A DNA stretch of 63,497 bases, counting the filler, from Octopus bimaculoides (lineage: Eukaryota), in NCBI RefSeq assembly GCF_001194135.2. It is 9 parts of 6 records of this genome, joined end to end, with 100 filler letters (N's around TTAATTAATTAA, not from the genome) between each part and the next. Parts side by side here need not be neighbours in the genome. Positions count along the whole stretch, not along the records: positions 1 to 18,595 come from NC_068982.1; 8 more parts are not named here. One strand, given 5' to 3'. Positions 1 through 12,340 of the stretch are shown here, in pieces. The notes under the pieces were generated by a model. The model searched no databases and was not told where the DNA came from. It saw nothing but the letters and a program-made list of their open reading frames with translations. Numbering within the stretch: the stretch's first letter is position 1; each line of letters opens with the position of its first letter. The position numbers and the translations under genes are program-made.

Positions 1-239
1 GTTTCATTATTATTTTTATTATTAATATTGGTGGTGAAGAATTCGACAAGTCGTAATTTGCGACAGAATTTCTGGATATCTTCCTTTAGTTCATGGTGGT
101 TGACTGTTGGTGTAGGTGTAAATTTCAGGCCTTTTAACAGAAGTTGGGTTTCATCATTGTCAAGATCTCTTCTGGAAAGATTAATTATCTTAGGGTCTAT
201 GTGTCCAATTGTTTTGGGTATGTTACTTCTTGGAGTGTT

Positions 240-240
<1 letters not shown>
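1..240 (-). mobile_element. Penelope-like retroelement ORF, N-terminal part (runs off window start)
   Basis: Minus frame is open across the segment: ...KIINLSRRDLDNDETQLLLKGLKFTPTPTVNHHELKEDIQKFCRKLRLVEFF. This is the NLS-L-E-LL-KGLKF-PTP motif found upstream of PLE RT. Confidence 0.8.
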
Positions 241-279
<39 letters not shown>

Positions 280-354
280 TACATATATATAATATGTATA
301 TATCTATAATTCGCATGTGTGTGTGTGTGCGCTCGTGTAAAAGATATATACATA

Positions 355-1070
355 CACGTGGTCTGATCAATAAGTATCCAGACTGTTGCCATTGTAACGA
401 TGCTAAAGCACGCAGAGTGAAGTCGCTTGAGAAAGATTGACCTTGAATGCTGCTGTGCATGCGCATTGAGTTTTAACGTTTTAGCTCACTTCCGCTGTTT
501 ACAGCAGTGCTTGAAGAAACGTGTGTAGTGTGTGATCGTCGCATTGATCATCTCAGAGAAAGTTGAGCAGAGAATCTGCATCCAATTTTGCCAAAAGTCT
601 GGCGATACCTGCTCAGAGGGCTACATAAAGTTTTCAGAAAGTTTTCATCATTCTCGACAGCAACAAGGTCTTGTGCAACTAAAACCCGAGTGCCTTTTTG
701 AACAGCTGAAAGTAGTTATGGCACAAACATGGCAGACACGCGTCTCATACCCAAATCTTCAGTGATAATGGACTGAAATGAACCGTAACTAATCTGCTCA
801 TCCTCTGATAACTCACGGATGGCGATTCGACGATTTACCCTCACAACTGCGATGTTTTTCTCAGTTCTGTTGGTTGCAGGTCTCCCAGAATGTTCATCAC
901 TATCGACATTTTTTCGGCCATCTTAGAAACGTCTGACTCACTCGTACAATTGTGTGCGGCTCGTACATTCCTCTCCATACACCTGCAATTAGACGTAGGC
1001 CTTTGAGCAAGTATCGCCATGATAACTTTATCTGTCATTCGACGATCACACGTTACACGTTGTCATGTAT
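355..1070. mobile_element. Mariner relic made of two convergent 5' halves (fold-back)
   Basis: TA plus TIR-like cacgtggtctgatcaataagtatccagact at 353-384. Plus strand EKVEQRICIQFCQKSGDTCS (~555-620). Minus strand GDTCSKAY..VYGEEC..SGRPATNRTEKNIAVV..LGMRRVSAMFVP..ENDENFLKT (~1020 to 630), with stops. Confidence 0.8.
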
Positions 1071-1917
1071 ACGTACATACATGATGTATGTACGTATACA
1101 TGACAACGCACCCCTTCATTCACTCTTTATCTTTCTTTTTTTCTCTCTCTCTCTCTCTTTCTCACTCATTCATCCTCTCTCTCTCTCTCTCTCTCTTTCA
1201 CACACACACGTCCATTTCATATACACGTACATACATCTTTCACTTTCGCCTCTCTTTCATTTTAAAATAAAAGTAAATAAATAAATAAAATTTTACGGAA
1301 ATTAATGAACTTTGCATGACAAGCGAAAGATCGCCATACACTAGAAAATAATTTAAGAAAGATTAAGATATTGTCTGTTTAAAGAAAGCTAAAATATAAA
1401 TACTTACTGTACAAACAGCTTACATTTTTGAAATCACATTCAGTTAAAGATATTTCTAAATGATTAAAATTTTGTGTACGTCAAGAAATCGATGTTTTTC
1501 TTAAGAGAGCGTGAGACTATGTGTGTGTATATGTCACAGATAGCGGATGTGTGTTTGTGTTGATTGACACGCCATGACATTCATTATATGTGTGAGTATT
1601 CTGTACGTGTGTATTCTGTATGGGTGTAGATTTGTGACGTCACGGAAGCCATGTTTTTTTCGTCAAGATATAACAAACAAAAAATGTGTTTACTCATTTT
1701 CATTAATAAATACAGGTCCAGATATCACAAAAATTTGTACTGACTGCCGAAGGTAAGTATGAAAATAAATATGCAAAAAGACAAATACGATAAAGTACAC
1801 TATTTCTGAGATACTTCGGGTACACACAAATATTCCTAGAGTTTTAGCATTATTGAGATAAATGCTTATTCACATTATATTGCTTTAACGAACTGCTGAT
1901 CTCAGTTCTAAAAATAC

Positions 1918-2347
1918 TGGTGCAGCTTTGTAGTAAGAAGTTTGTTTCCCAACCACATAGTTTGGGATTCAGTTTCACTGCGTGACACTTTTGGCAATTG
2001 TCTTCTTTTATAGCTCCGGTCCAACCAAATTCTTATGGGTTGATCTAGATGGTGGAAACTGAAAGAAGCCATTTGTGTACACATGTGTATTTGTTTGCTT
2101 GTGTGCATGTGTGTGTGTGTGTGTTTATCTTTGCACATATTTCTGTCTTCCAGCATCATGTGACAACCAGTGCTGGTTTGTTTACGATCCCGTAATATTG
2201 TTCAGCAAACAGAAACAGTCAGAATAAATATTAGGCTTTAAAAAAAGGTATGTACTGGCGGCAATTTGTTCGACTAAACCCCTCAAAGCAGTGCCCTAAA
2301 ATGGCCGCGGTCACTTTAGTGAAACAACTAAAGGAAGAAATAAAGAT
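1918..2347 (+). mobile_element. tRNA-headed SINE, family A (decayed, full length)
   Basis: Colinear with the reverse complement of 7443-7847 and 58360-58783 (ggaaactgaaagaagcc core, internal (TG)n, A-rich tail). Confidence 0.75.
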
Positions 2348-2483
2348 ATGCAAATCTTCAATATTTTACCTGTAAAGACATCTTTTTATTTTCTTATAAG
2401 TTGATATGAATTTCTTTCAATTGTCGCAGGGTTTATTGAGTTTTGTGATGTGATAATAATACTTATATTAGGAATGGAAAAAG

Positions 2484-2662
2484 CGGCAAACAGAAAGAAT
2501 CGTTAGCAGGCCGGGCAAAATGTTCAGCGACATTTCGTCCTCCCTTACGTTCTGAGTTCAAATTACGCTCAGGTAGACTTTGATTTTCATCCTTTAGAGA
2601 AGAATAAGTACCAGTTGAGCACTAGGGTTGAGCACTGGGGTGAGCACTGGGGTTGAGCACTA
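2484..2662 (+). mobile_element. SINE family B, 5' part, with an internal ~12-bp tandem repeat (gttgagcactgg x~4)
   Basis: Matches the 59530-59760 copy (ttacgttctgagttcaaatt B-box region, gactttg..tttcatcctt, aataagtaccagtt). Confidence 0.75.
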
Positions 2663-2970
2663 CGCTTCTATTTGACCACTTGAACTATTAAGGGTCACTG
2701 CTGAATTTTCCACAAATCACTCCCCGCTGTCTAGACATGCTCTAGAAAAGTGTTGGAATGCTTGCAAAGACTTTCAACATATGTCTATTCGGCCAGGGCC
2801 TAATTGAGTTCAACGTCAGTAATATGTTTTGTTTTACTGTAAAGAACAATGGACTAAATATTAGTAAAGATATTTTCCTTAGAACTTCAACCTAAAATCA
2901 ACCGTTAAATTATATTTTTTTCTCTTTTTTCTATAATATCAACTAAATTGATTAACACTGTGTGTGTGTG

Positions 2971-3330
2971 TTGGCAATCCGTCGCTTACGACGTCGAGGG
3001 TTCCAGTTGATCCGATCAACGGAACAGCCTGCTCGTGAAATTAACGTGCAAGTGGCTGAGCACTCCACAGACACGTGTACCCTTAACGTAGTTCTCGGGA
3101 ATATTCAGCGTGACACAGTGTGACAAGGCTGACCCTTTGAATTACAGGCACAACAGAAACAGGAAGTAAGAGTGAGAGAAAGTTGTGGTGAAAGAGTACA
3201 GCAGGGTTCGCCACCGTCCCCTGCCGAAGCCTCGTGGAGCTTTAGGTGTTTTCGCTCAATAAACACTCAATAAACCGCGATCCTATGACCGCGAGTCCGC
3301 TGCCCTAACCACTGGGCCATTGCGCCTCCA
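2971..3330 (-). mobile_element. tRNA-headed SINE, family C, with 13-bp TSD
   Basis: Minus head tggaggcgcaatggcccagtggttagggcagcggactcgcgg. Direct repeat tgattaacactgt at 2949-2961 and 3331-3343. The same head recurs at 60183-60260 and the same tail at 55612-55735. Confidence 0.85.
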
Positions 3331-3387
3331 TGATTAACACTGTAAACTAGGAGTAAATATTCAGTTAACATTACAGCATCGTACGTC

Positions 3388-3570
3388 ACTCTTACTCTTT
3401 TACACTTTTACTTGATTCAGTCATTTGACTGCGGCCAGGGATTATTCCTTGTAAGCCTAGTACTTACATTATCGGTCTCTTTTGTCGAACCACTAAGTTA
3501 CGGGGACGTAAACACACAAACATCAGTTGTCAAGCGATGGTGAGGGGACAAACACAGACATGCAAACATA
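3388..3570 (-). mobile_element. SINE family A, 3' half with internal deletion
   Basis: cttttacttgattcagtcatttgactgcggcca...gtaagcctagtactta...ggggacaaacacagac matches 7443-7650. Confidence 0.8.
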
Positions 3571-3590
3571 TACATACATACACACATACA

Positions 3591-3666
<76 letters not shown>

Positions 3667-4064
3667 NNNNNNNNNNNNNNNNNNNNNNNNNNNNNNNNNN
3701 NNNNNNNNNNNNNNNNNNNNNNNNNNNNNNNNNNNNNNNNNNNNNNNNNNNNNNNNNNNNNNNNNNNNNNNNNNNNNNNNNNNNNNNNNNNNNNNNNNNN
3801 NNNNNNNNNNNNNNNNNNNNNNNNNNNNNNNNNNNNNNNNNNNNNNNNNNNNNNNNNNNNNNNNNNNNNNNNNNNNNNNNNNNNNNNNNNNNNNNNNNNN
3901 NNNNNNNNNNNNNNNNNNNNTTCAGAGTCATGTATCTGTGAAAAGGCCCAATATTGATCACATTTGATGTACATACTGCTCCTTAAAAAAATTAATATCA
4001 CTTCAAATTATGCTTATGAATATGTCTGCTCAGATTTCATGGATACAACAAATATAGTACAAGC

Positions 4065-4170
4065 TTAATCTATAACAAAAGATATCTTTGTAATCGCTTT
4101 GAGATAATCTGCATTGAAACAGTCTGAAAGTGTGTGTATCTTTAGTGTGCGCAGGCCATCTGCTTTTAAT
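4065..4170 (-). CDS. Candidate terminal coding exon (exon 4) of a small unrecognised gene
   Basis: Long pyrimidine tract ttcttcttcttctttttttttttaccgacgcAG acceptor. Phase-2 entry reads (G)LKADGLRTLKIHTLSDCFNADYLKAITKISFVID*. No homology recognised. Confidence 0.4.
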
Positions 4171-4519
4171 CTGCGTCGGTAAAAAAAAAAAGAAGAAGAA
4201 GAAAAAGTCAAGATAAAATATGTAAAAGAAAAAAAAACAAAGAGGCCCCTAGGGGAGTACAGCAATCCTTTTCCAAGAAGGACAAGGCCGAAGTTAGATA
4301 AATAAACAAAGGTTGTACTTCTAGATTTAAGCAACACGCGTCAGGTGCACGCAAGTTCTATGCAAGTCTATACATGTCTATCAAAAACTGCTGGAAGGTA
4401 GACGCTCTTTGAGGATGACATTTTAGGGGTCATGTATGACTATATTTTGAGGCAATGATCACGTGATCAACTGCTTTATGCTATATTTGGTTTAATACGA
4501 GCAGTAATTATAGCGTCTC

Positions 4520-4597
<78 letters not shown>

Positions 4598-4598
4598 C

Positions 4599-4654
<56 letters not shown>

Positions 4655-4904
4655 GCATGCATACATACACATATATCCCTCCTTCTGCCTATTTGTTTCT
4701 CTCTCTCTCTTTCTCTCTCTCTCTTTCTCTCTAAGTATGTATACATGTATATATGTGTGTGTATATGTATATATACATATACACACATACATATGTGTAT
4801 GTAACGTATATATTTATGTGTATATAATATACTCACACACACACATAAATACTATTACCTACGTACATTCATACATACATGCATGCATATAATCCACCAC
4901 CCCA

Positions 4905-5705
4905 ATAATAATTGTTTTAATTTAGGCACAAGGCCAATAGTTTCGAAGGGAAGGGATTAATCGAGACCCATGACCTCACTGCTTGACTGGTTGGGGTGGA
5001 GTGTAGTGCAAACTTGGACACAGCAGGATATGAACCTGGATCGTAAAGATTCGGAATAAACGCTGCAAACAACTGTTATAAACATTTGGCCAATCCACAA
5101 CCTATTTCATCGACCCTGAAAGAATGAAATGCAAAGCCAGCCTCGACAGAATTTGGACTCAGAACGTAAAGGCGGATGAAAATGCTAAGCATTTTATCCG
5201 GCGTGGTCAGCTCGCCGCTTTATCGCTCTAAGTAATCCTTTTTACTAAAAGTATAAAACTTGAATTTTGCGGGGAGAAGACTAGTCAATTACATAGAACA
5301 CAGTGTTACATTTTATCGACCCCGAGAGGATGAAAGGCAAAGTCGACCACGGAATTTGAACTCAGAACGTAGAGACGGACAAAATGCCGCTAAGCATTTT
5401 ACTCGGCGTGTTAATGATTCTGCCAGCTTGCTGCCTTATCGCTCTAAATGACAGAAATAATAATGGTACAAAGTTTGGTACAAGGCTAGCAATTTTAGAA
5501 AAACGGAGAAAGTTTCGAAGAATGATGCTCCAGCCAAGTACAGGGTCGATGAGACTCTTATACTTGACTGGTGCATCAGTATATCACCTCGAAGGTATGA
5601 AAAGCAAAGATGATCTCGGCGGGATTTGAGCTTAGAACATAAAGAGCCGGAAGAAATGCAGCTGGGTTGTTTGTTCGGTGCGCTGACAATTCAACACCCG
5701 TTGCT
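4905..5705 (-). mobile_element. Cluster of three decayed family-B SINEs (one holds a nested tRNA-like fragment at ~4995-5100)
   Basis: Repeated atcgaccc..gatgaaaggcaaagtcgac..ggaatttgaactcagaacgta..gctaagcatttt, the reverse complement of the family-B head. Confidence 0.75.
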
Positions 5706-5934
5706 TTCTCAGCAATGACTCAAGACAGAGAGAACACTACTGACGGATTGAGCGTGTGATTCAAAACAAATTCAACAGCTAGACATTTAATCTAATCAGC
5801 GAGATACCGTTGAACATTGAAGCTGTTCAACTTCTGAAAATAACTCCTAAGCAGGCCGCACTAAAAGACCTATTGAAATGTTTAGATTGATTTAGATGGA
5901 TCAGAGCCTTATTGAAACTATCTTTATTACTCAC

Positions 5935-5980
5935 CCTTCTCTATGATATTTCACATGAGGTGAAGCTGTCGTGGGTAAAT
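5935..5980 (-). CDS. Candidate internal coding exon (exon 3, 46 nt)
   Basis: Acceptor gtaattttcgtcAG and donor GG|gtgagt. Only the phase-1 frame is open: (D)LPTTASPHVKYHRE(G). Confidence 0.5.
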
Positions 5981-6404
5981 CTGACGAAAATTACTCAGTT
6001 CTATGCGCTACCCTAACAATAATATATGTTTATTATTGTTTCCGCCGTTATTCTTGCTTTATATTTTTCGATGTTGTTTTCATTGTCATCATTGTGATCG
6101 TCGCTATTGTTGCTGTCGTCAGTGTTCTTGTTATTCTTATTGTTCATGTTGGTTTTTCGCCTGTTGTTCTTCCTTGCTTTGTTAGTGTCTTTGTCACCTT
6201 GATTGTCATCACTGTCGTTATAGTTGATATTGTTGATACAGTCACTGATGTCACAATCACCATTTTTTTTTTACAATCGTTATTGTTGTTGCTGATGATT
6301 GATTTATGTCATCGTTGTTCTCAACCACGACATAGTTCCTCTTGTTGCTCTATCCTCCTCCTCCTCCTCCTCCTCCTCCTCATCATCATCATCATCATTA
6401 TCAT

Positions 6405-7415
6405 CAAGGTGGCAGAATCATTAGCACGCTTAGAGGTATTTCACCCATCGTTACGTTCTGAGTTCAAATTCCGCCGATGTCGACTTTACCCTTCATCCTT
6501 TCNNNNNNNNNNNNNNNNNNNNNNNNNNNNNNNNNNNNNNNNNNNNNNNNNNNNNNNNNNNNNNNNNNNNNNNNNNNNNNNNNNNNNNNNNNNNNNNNNN
6601 NNNNNNNNNNNNNNNNNNNNNNNNNNNNNNNNNNNNNNNNNNNNNNNNNNNNNNNNNNNNNNNNNNNNNNNNNNNNNNNNNNNNNNNNNNNNNNNNNNNN
6701 NNNNNNNNNNNNNNNNNNNNNNNNNNNNNNNNNNNNNNNNNNNNNNNNNNNNNNNNNNNNNNNNNNNNNNNNNNNNNNNNNNNNNNNNNNATTTCTTTCA
6801 GCTCTTTAGATTCCGAGTTCAATTCCTGCCGAGGTCAACTTTACCTTTCATTCTTTCGGTGTCGATAAATAAGTAACATTCGAGTACTAGGGTCGACGTA
6901 ATCGACTCGTCCCTTCCTCAAAATTTTAAGCTTTGTTCCTATGGTATAAAGAACAATGCGGCAGCTAGCAGGATCGCTAATACGTCAGACAAAATGTTTA
7001 GCGGTCTTTCTTCCGGCTCTTTGTTCTGGCTTCAAACACCACCGAAATCGACTTTAATTTTCATCGTTTCGGAGTCGATAAAATAAGTAGCAACTGTGTC
7101 AGTGTAATCGACAAGAACCCACCACCAAAATTATTAAGGCCATGTGCCTATAGTAGATAGAATTATTATGTCTATCTTAATTAATATAGCAGACTCTTTA
7201 GAAAAATACCTTTGTATTTCATGCGGGTCTTTATGTAAAATTTACCTTTCATCCGTTCAGCATCCATAATTAATAACGATTCAAACATTGAGCTTGGTGT
7301 TATCGACCTTTCACCCTTTCAACACCCATAATTAAGAACGATTCAAATGCTGGGCTTGGGGTAATCGACTTGCTCCCTCCTCTCAAAGTTACCGACCTTG
7401 TACTAAAATTATAAT
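6405..7415 (+). mobile_element. Cluster of family-B SINEs (about 4 copies, gap inside)
   Basis: ggtggcagaatcattagcac..gttctgagttcaaattccgccgatgtcgacttt and related copies at 6791, 6955 and 7240. Confidence 0.75.
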
Positions 7416-7442
7416 TATAATTAGTAGTAGTTGTAGTAGTAG

Positions 7443-7847
7443 TACTCTTTTACTCTTTTACTTGTTTCAGCCATTTGACTGTGGCCATGCTGGAGCACCC
7501 GCTTTAGTCGAGCAAATCGACCCCAGGATTTATTCTTTGTAAGCCTAGTACTTATTCCATCGGTCTCTTTTGTCGAACCGCTAAGTTACGGGGACCTAAA
7601 CACACCAGCATCGGTTGTCAAGCGATTTTTGGGGGACAAACACAGACACACAAACATGCACACGCACATACATGTATATATATACATATATACAACGGGT
7701 TTCTTTCAGTTTCCGTCTACCAAATCCACTCACAAGGCTTTGGTGGCCCGAGGCTATAGTAGAAGACACTTGCCCAAGGTGCCACGCAATGGGACTGAAC
7801 CTGGAACCATGTGGTTGGTAAGCAAGCTACTTACCACACAGCCACTA
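7443..7847 (-). mobile_element. SINE family A, full length
   Basis: Minus head gtggctgtgtggtaagtagcttgcttaccaaccacatggttccaggttcagtccc (A and B boxes), cttgggcaagtgtcttctactatagcc core, (aagagta) tail. Confidence 0.85.
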
Positions 7848-9057
7848 ATAGGTAGTGGAGTAATAGTAATAATAGATAATAGTAGTTGTTTTTACTTAGC
7901 TCTATAACGTATAGCGATCTTTTATCTTNNNNNNNNNNNNNNNNNNNNNNNNNNNNNNNNNNNNNNNNNNNNNNNNNNNNNNNNNNNNNNNNNNNNNNNN
8001 NNNNNNNNNNNNNNNNNNNNNNNNNNNNNNNNNNNNNNNNNNNNNNNNNNNNNNNNNNNNNNNNNNNNNNNNNNNNNNNNNNNNNNNNNNNNNNNNNNNN
8101 NNNNNNNNNNNNNNNNNNNNNNNNNNNNNNNNNNNNNNNNNNNNNNNNNNNNNNNNNNNNNNNNNNNNNNNNNNNNNNNNNNNNNNNNNNNNNNNNNNNN
8201 NNNNNNNNNNNNNNNNNNNNNNNNNNNNNNNNNNNNNNNNNNNNNNNNNNNNNNNNNNNNNNNNNNNNNNNNNNNNNNNNNNNNNNNNNNNNNNNNNNNN
8301 NNNNNNNNNNNNNNNNNNNNNNNNNNNNNNNNNNNNNNNNNNNNNNNNNNNNNNNNNNNNNNNNNNNNNNNNNNNNNNNNNNNNNNNNNNNNNNNNNNNN
8401 NNNNNNNNNNNNNNNNNNNNNNNNNNNNNNNNNNNNNNNNNNNNNNNNNNNNNNNNNNNNNNNNNNNNNNNNNNNNNNNNNNNNNNNNNNNNNNNNNNNN
8501 NNNNNNNNNNNNNNNNNNNNNNNNNNNNNNNNNNNNNNNNNNNNNNNNNNNNNNNNNNNNNNNNNNNNNNNNNNNNNNNNNNNNNNNNNNNNNNNNNNNN
8601 NNNNNNNNNNNNNNNNNNNNNNNNNNNNNNNNNNNNNNNNNNNNNNNNNNNAACAAAGCGAATAAATTTGGCGGGAAACGAGATCTAAAAACAAAATAAT
8701 AAATAAAGACATCCTGTTCGTTGTCGAATGCCAATACCTTTGTACATTACTTAAACCGGATCGTTTAGAGTATTTTTAATTAGAGGATCACCATGTGTCG
8801 ACACTTATTATTGGCAAATCAACGTAATCCGTAGAAAAATAAGTATGAAGGTCATTGAAAGAACAGAACTGTAAATAGATTAAGTATAAAAAGGAAACAG
8901 AAAAGACAAAGGAAACCCCTAAAGACATGTTGCGATTTATCAGCAATGGGGAAGGGCTCATGAAAATAATAATAAAAGGTATCAGCATGGCAGAAGGTCA
9001 TAGCTAAGAAATATATATGTGTGTGTGTGTGTAGTATAAATGTGTATGTATATACAT

Positions 9058-9088
<31 letters not shown>

Positions 9089-9107
9089 TATATATACATA
9101 TATCACC

Positions 9108-9295
9108 ATGATAGATCGCTAGTCACTACACATTCTTTTTTTTCTCTCCTTGTTTCTCTTTGCGTTCCTTTCTGTGGAAGAGCGTAGACTCCAAACGTTA
9201 AAGACTTTTTCACTTCCCGAGCGTTATACTAATACATCTGTTTATTTTCTACACCACCTGTTTTCGTCTTTTGTTTTTTGTTTTTTGTTGTGATT
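9108..9295 (+). repeat. Dispersed repeat with a hammerhead-like segment (probable PLE terminal-repeat family)
   Basis: Inverted homolog at 63295-63475 (gaagagcgtag..ctc.aaacgt.aaagacttt..tcccgagcgt.atactaatacatc). Confidence 0.65.
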
Positions 9296-10399
9296 TCTCC
9301 CTATATATATATATAAATGTATGTGTATTTTTTCAAGTATTTTATTTTATTACAACGCTGCCCATCATACTCGCCAGAGAGGTTGCTTAACCGGCGAATA
9401 GGCACTCTGCACTATCATGCAAAATCTTATATCCGTTAACTCTATAGAAACTGTGTTCGCCTTCGCATTATAGTAATGCACAAAATACACCTGGGCCTAT
9501 AAAAACGTTCGTTGTTTTTACTAGAACTGCATTTTATTTTCCAAAATTCCTATCGATTGCGCTGGAATTATGATATATCTCCCTTGCTTGAATTTTATAT
9601 CTTAAATACTCCAAGAGAGAATTTCTTTTTACTAATTATCTGGAGATCCATTAATCGAGTGCTTACAACTCACTATATTACATATTTGAAACCTAAACGT
9701 ATTTGTTGTGTTCAGTGTGCAGAATGCTGCATTTTTTAAAACTTGTTTTCCTCATTCCTGAAGCGAGGAAGGCCGGTTCAGAGATTTTCATTTTTATTTT
9801 GCGGGTAACTACGAAAGATAACATCCGTAACAGTTTGTCTTCTTCCTACCTTAAAAGCAAACTATATCGCTATATTAACTGAAAAGGAAAACACATCCGC
9901 AAGAAGATATATTTTTCAGCCTTCAGGAATTTTAACACCGTGCAAACAAGACACCCAAGAACAATAAATAAAATCAACAACCAATAGCCTCAACAGTTTC
10001 CTCCAAAACTTAAAAGTGCCGTTCTTAACGGAAAATATATTTTAAAATATCTTTTTAATTGACAGTTATTTTTCAAAATCTAAAGTTTTGAACAATAACA
10101 ACTCTTAAAAAGTAAGGAATCATATGCCGAGTTCACTCAATTATTTCGCTTAGCTATATAAAAGAGCATTTAGAGAAAATAAATACATAAAAAAATAGAT
10201 ATCTCGCTTTCTCAAACCCCGACCCAATAAATAGTTTTAATGCAGCTTATTCACTCCTTTCGTAAAGATTCTAATAATTCAGGAAACGCCGCGAATATTG
10301 GCCGAGATATTATTATACATATCTTCATAGTTAACAAGACTGATATACCGTCATATAAAACATTATATATTACTCGTGTCGAAAGCCAAATAATAAATA

Positions 10400-10585
10400 T
10401 TCCCATACTTTTTTCTATTATAGGCAAAAGGCCTGAAAAGCGATCACATTGACCCAAGTACCCACGAAAGATGAAAGGTAAAGCCGACATCGGTGGAATT
10501 TGAACTCTAAACGTAAAGCCAGAAAAAATGCCGCTAAGCATTACTGTCCGGTGTGCTAACGATTCTGCCAGCTCCCCACCATAAA
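10400..10585 (-). mobile_element. SINE family B (internally deleted)
   Basis: gatgaaaggtaaagccgacatcggtggaatttgaactc..gctaagcatt..gctaacgattctgccagctccccacc. Confidence 0.75.
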
Positions 10586-10859
10586 TATCTCTAAAATCAA
10601 TGGTGCTAGCTTAATGTTTTCTTTCATGCAAACCCCACAAAAGTGGAGAGGGAATTTTTGCCTTGGATTTCGGTACTACATATAAATTTTGTACAGAACA
10701 GACATGCTGAGTTGTGGAAGGCAACCAACTACACTGGTGATATATTCACGATAAATACACAACACATTGTTTCTATGGAAGAACATATGACTACCATATT
10801 GGACAATTTAAAAGAATCTCTGGTCGCTGGGAACTTTTAGTAAAATCACACAGTTGTAA

Positions 10860-11770
10860 TATTTCGGATAAAAAATGAGTATAACGGATATTTATTACAA
10901 CTTATGGATACTTGTCATAGTAGTAAAGCTTTTAACTGTGATTAGTACAAAAACAACTTAATGAATTTTGCTTCCTTCGAACACTTGAGTTAAGAGCTTT
11001 GTTCATTAGAGTCCATGGTCGCATCCAAAATAACTGAGGTCGTCACCTTCCATGCAGATGAAACGACGTTGGCCTTCTTTGGAACAGGTGAGGATGGGTG
11101 TCTACACTGCATAGATTGTCACTTTGTTCTGGTTCGAAGTGATGAACCTAACACGCATCTTGGTTTGAGGAAACCAGCTGGATCTGCATCAAACAATGTC
11201 AGATTTTTCCGTAACGTGATCAGCCTGGTGTGCATTTGATCATGAACCAGAAGATGTGGCACCCATCGAACAGAAGAAACCTTCTTCGTGCCACGTTCAT
11301 TGTGCAGAATATTCTCAGCTCTCGCGAGATATGCTAATAGTATTATCAATCGCTTGTCATCCATCAGCATACGATGAATACGATCAATGTTTTCCTCAGT
11401 GGTAGAAGTTGCAGGACCCCCAGATGGTGAGCCATCTTCAAAACTCTCCCTACCCCTCCTAAATTCAGCTGTCCACTTTCCACTGTTGCTAAAGCTGGAG
11501 CATCATCCCCTAATGTATCAACCATATAAGCATGAATGTTGTTAAGGACTAAATCCTTTTCTGCCGGTACTTGATAACACTACGATGCCAAATTTTCTCC
11601 ATTTTCAAGAAAAGTCGCTACTAGTTGCCTTTGAAGTCTTCTTTAAACAGTCAGATCTCAGTTTACCTGGAGAGAAACAAAGTAGTTAGTAATAAGAGCT
11701 GAAATTAATGCATGCCAGATTTCACGACTCTAGCATCTCGCCTTCATGAAATTTTCAGCCCACCTTCTTT
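10860..11770 (-). mobile_element. Decayed mariner transposon
   Basis: ATG at 11602: MEKIWHRSVIKY..TLGDDAPAL..WTAEFRRGRESFED..TEENIDRIH..VRWVPHLL (WVP motif)..VHHFEPE, with several frameshifts. Boundaries approximate. Confidence 0.8.
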
Positions 11771-12167
11771 CAGGCAAACACAATGATATACAGATTATAT
11801 TCTAAATAGCTTCTGTGCCAAAAAGTAATCCATACAGAGTCCAGACAATCCAATTAACAAAAGGCTCGACATGATTCTTTACTAGAAAGTTTAAAATCAG
11901 CAAGACATAATCCGTACATAAATCAAGGAAACTACTTACATTTCTTTACCTTTAAAAACCTATGAATAATCTACGACTAACTTTCATAAACTTTACAGTG
12001 CAAGAAACCACAATCTCTGTGCATGGCGATTGCATATCAATAACACTGCAATAACTGTATCTCAAAGCCAGACATTCGTTTTTGCGAAGAATTTGAAAAC
12101 ACTACAGTTTGTGTAACTGCGCTGCTGCTTTCCAGTAGTGATTTTTGACTCCCTTTGACGACTAAGT

Positions 12168-12340
12168 GAAGGCGCGTGACCTATTGGTTTAAGTTGTTGC
12201 CCTCCTTACTATCACAAGGTCATAGTTTCAATTCCCGGACAGGGCAGTACGTTCAGTTCTTGCGATGAAGTGGTGTCATGTTTGGGAGGATGTTGTGATT
12301 TCGGTCACGTATACGCCATAAAAACTGGGTAACCGGCTCT
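12168..12340 (+). mobile_element. Old tRNA-headed SINE fragment
   Basis: gaaggcgcgtgacctattggtttaag..aaggtcatagtttcaattcccggacagggc has A/B-box-like spacing. Confidence 0.45.

Noticed and set aside
9850-9878. 29-nt minus segment with good acceptor and donor inside the candidate gene
   Set aside because: Stops in all three frames; at most a poison or non-coding exon, with no further support.
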